Part shown: positions 51,751 through 64,000 of the stretch, one piece after another
How the letters are laid out: every line of letters begins with the position of its first letter
Position numbering within the stretch: the first letter of the stretch is position 1
Assembly (NCBI GenBank): GCA_963693365.1
Contig: CAVNZM010000008.1
Span: forward strand, 9,980,293 to 10,044,292
DNA from: Amoebidium appalachense
Lineage: Eukaryota; Protista; Ichthyosporea
Length of the DNA stretch: 64,000 nucleotides
Direction: 5' to 3'
Notes under the pieces: model-generated
The model's database searches: none
Told to the model about the DNA's origin: nothing
What the model saw: the letters and a program-made list of their open reading frames with translations, nothing else
Program-made: the position numbers and the translations under genes

Positions 51751-52356
51751 GCAGAATAATTCTGCTGTTTGCATTGAATTCTGCTTTTAAATTACTTTAG
51801 CAGGACGGTCTGCCTTAAAGTTTGCAAAATAATTCTGCTTTTGCTCCATAAAATTCTATCAAAGGAAGAATAATTCTGCTTTTTGCAGAACAATCCTGCT
51901 TTAAATTGCAGAAAAATTCTGCTGGAGCAAATTGACTCAGCCTCCGGGTTGGCCCCAGTGGCGAAGGTCCCCCTCCCCTCCTCCTCCCCCCTCCCTCCCC
52001 CCCTCCCCCCTCCCCCCCCCCCCCCCCCCCCTTCCTCCTCATCCACCACCATCACCTGTCCAGCAGTTATCTCATGACTTTGTTGACTTTGTTTTGACCA
52101 TCACTTCAATTTTTTATTAGGGCAGAGCTCAACATGTGCGTGCCCGTGTGCGTCTGGGGCATATGCACATATGTAGTGACACGTGGGTGTGTGTATGTGT
52201 CTGTAAGACCCTTGAAAATGTGTGTTTAACTGCATGTACAGTACAACAACTATGCTTTTGCAGATTAGTTCTGCAAATTCGCTAAATAATTGTGCTCTTA
52301 ACAGAATAATTTTGCTTTTTGCCAAATAATTCTGCTCGGAGAAAGTTGACTCAGCC
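51751..52356. repeat. Two arrays of the 15-bp palindrome GCAGAATAATTCTGC (probable transposon subterminal repeats)
   Basis: Copies at 51751, 51771, 51824, ~51845, 51865, 51885, 51908 and at 52260, 52281, 52301, 52321. Both arrays end in TTGACTCAGCC. Confidence 0.75.
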
Positions 52357-52421
52357 GATGTGGTCGGGAAGGTTTAGAGAGGGATTCCGAAGACCATGAA
52401 GGCCTGCTGTGGTTGTTGTTG

Positions 52422-52453
<32 letters not shown>

Positions 52454-52454
52454 C

Positions 52455-52488
<34 letters not shown>

Positions 52489-52541
52489 AGCTAAAGCAAG
52501 GGATTCTTGATTTTGAAACGGGGAGGGGGTTAGTAGCATTT

Positions 52542-52572
<31 letters not shown>

Positions 52573-52814
52573 GGGGGACCCAACCTGGCCCTCCGGCTAG
52601 CAGAGGGAGGGGGGGGGGCCGGGGGGGGACCCACCCACCCCATAGGCTGTCATCATGTGATCATTTATATCAGAAAACCTGATCACATAAGAGTAATAAT
52701 CAGCAGCTGTTTACATACCACGCAAAAACGTAAACATTGAGGCTAACTAATAGGATTCCTTGATCACCTGCTGAGTCTCAGGCTATACTATCTTACGGTC
52801 AACCCTCCCTTCCT

Positions 52815-52845
<31 letters not shown>

Positions 52846-53008
52846 CCCCCCTCCCCTGGGCACGAAAACGAAAAAGACAGGACCTAGTTGTCTGCAATGG
52901 GTGGGTGTTGGTTATGGGGACAAAGAGGTACATGGGGGAACAGCCCTGTGGTAGATTTTTTGCTTTCAAGAGCCTCACACTCACCGTTCTCCTACACTCT
53001 GATGTGCA

Positions 53009-53073
<65 letters not shown>

Positions 53074-53774
53074 TTGCACACACACCCAGTGTCACCGCAC
53101 AGTCACACAAAAACACACACACCGTACAACTGTTCTGCAGCATTAATGGTACACTCGCACACCACAGATCCACCCAACCACCGACACCCACACCTACACC
53201 CACACCCACAAGTGGGCCACCCACACCCACACGCACAGTCAGCTAATATTATCTAACAGGCACACGTGACCGCAGACACACACACTTTCACACTTGTCAC
53301 AAACAAATGGTGGATCGTAACCTGCACTGCAGCGGCCACTATCTTGCGATTGCCACCCTGAGCCTCGCCGCCCGGCTGTTCTGTCACATGGCATGAGCAC
53401 GGACTATGATCATGATGATGCGGTATATATGGTGCCACGAACCAGCTATGGCACATATATGCGTATTGCTACTATGAAGTGCTGCAACTTAGTTGTGACG
53501 AATCTTAGTATGGTTGGGTTGGCAGCCACATGCATGCACTCATTTGCAGTGGTACACCAACAACAGTACATTACTTGATGTTTTCAACCGATGTGATGCG
53601 TGCTGCCATGAAAGTATATGCATTGGGATACTACAGTGTAATGTTCATCTGAGGCACTGGTAAATTTATAAAACTAAAGAACAAGTAGGAACATCGCAAT
53701 CTTAAAAAAAATGTATGGGCCAATGATTTGCACCCGATTGCACCGATTAGCCAAATATAGATATTTGGGCGGGA

Positions 53775-53816
<42 letters not shown>

Positions 53817-53850
53817 AAGGAGGAACATAACATGCATGCCCGTATGCCTT

Positions 53851-53950
<100 letters not shown>

Positions 53951-54836
53951 TCTTCTTTTTTTTTTCTTCTTCTAAAAAAATGCACGTTTCATTTCAGCGT
54001 CATGCTTTATTTCCTGCTATTATATGCGGGTTCGGCCACCTGGGCATGCACAAGAGGCCATCATTAACGCCATATATATACAGCCAGTACTGCCTCCTAT
54101 ACCAACAATATCATGAAACTGCAGATGATAACTGACTGTACGTGTACACCAACTTACCACGGTACACACCACAAATTCATGATCATGCATACTAAATATG
54201 AAAGTAGATAGATAGTCTCAAGCCGTAGAGTATTTTCCTTAGAACCCACACTTGAAGGCACTGACAATTACTGTACCTAACAGCGCTAAGGAACTTACGT
54301 GAAGTATCTAGAGGACGGATGGCCACATGTGCACGCTTTCAAACTAACCTTTCACAACCAAAGTCTTACTGTCACCCAGAAGGCCACACACAAGCGGTAA
54401 CAACGAGGGTCATAATGTCGAAAAGTATACCGGGCCGGGTACTCTCCGATATCAGAATCACCTCCAAAATCCTCGAAGCGCCTGTTTTCAGAACAGTTTG
54501 TCCCGTACCTCGAACCGATTTTAGGGCGGGTCCCCAAATATGAATGACAATTTTGAACGGGCAGTAGTACTGTAATACTATGTACGTGACTTCTCTAGAT
54601 ATCCTAACTTTCAGCACACTCGGCACATACCTAAGCTAACTCCAACTTGGTGCTAGGAAAGTCCCAAAAATTTTAACCAAAGCTAGCATTGAACAGCACG
54701 GCAAGAAGCCTCAGGAATAATTCGATCAAACACGTTTATAACCCTTCTGTATTACTTCATGCAAGATGAAAAGCCGACCACAGCCACATAAAAAATGATA
54801 AACAGACAAAGCACTTTCACCAATCCCCCAACACTA

Positions 54837-64000
<9,164 letters not shown>

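Overview
This is eukaryotic genomic DNA. Its intron-rich genes lie in a matrix of (CA)n/(TG)n, (GA)n and G/C homopolymer tracts, and most entries in the ORF track are artefactual translations of these repeats. Splicing by hand gives two large minus-strand genes. The first is a ~28-exon class I cyclic-nucleotide phosphodiesterase with three GAF domains (22285-47224). The second is a 5'-truncated Trk/HKT cation transporter (54837-64000). Smaller genes are an intronless secreted Cys-rich five-repeat protein (16101-17006), a two-exon unknown gene (9107-10693), a frameshifted coiled-coil/Pro-Gln ORF (2772-5279), a partial gene at the left edge and a weak spliced Cys/His-rich gene (14023-15545). Four features stand out: (1) a U12-type AT-AC intron inside the PDE catalytic domain; (2) several acceptors that have a CA tract in place of a polypyrimidine tract, often facing TG tracts at the donor; (3) diverged in-frame copies of Trk exon ends, one positioned to swap the fourth pore loop through an AAG|GT site; (4) an intron-restricted, sense-oriented dispersed repeat family. 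A fold-back MITE and phased palindrome arrays are also present. An animal-like GAF-PDE, a fungal-like Trk and a minor intron together suggest a unicellular opisthokont such as an ichthyosporean. That assignment is inference only.
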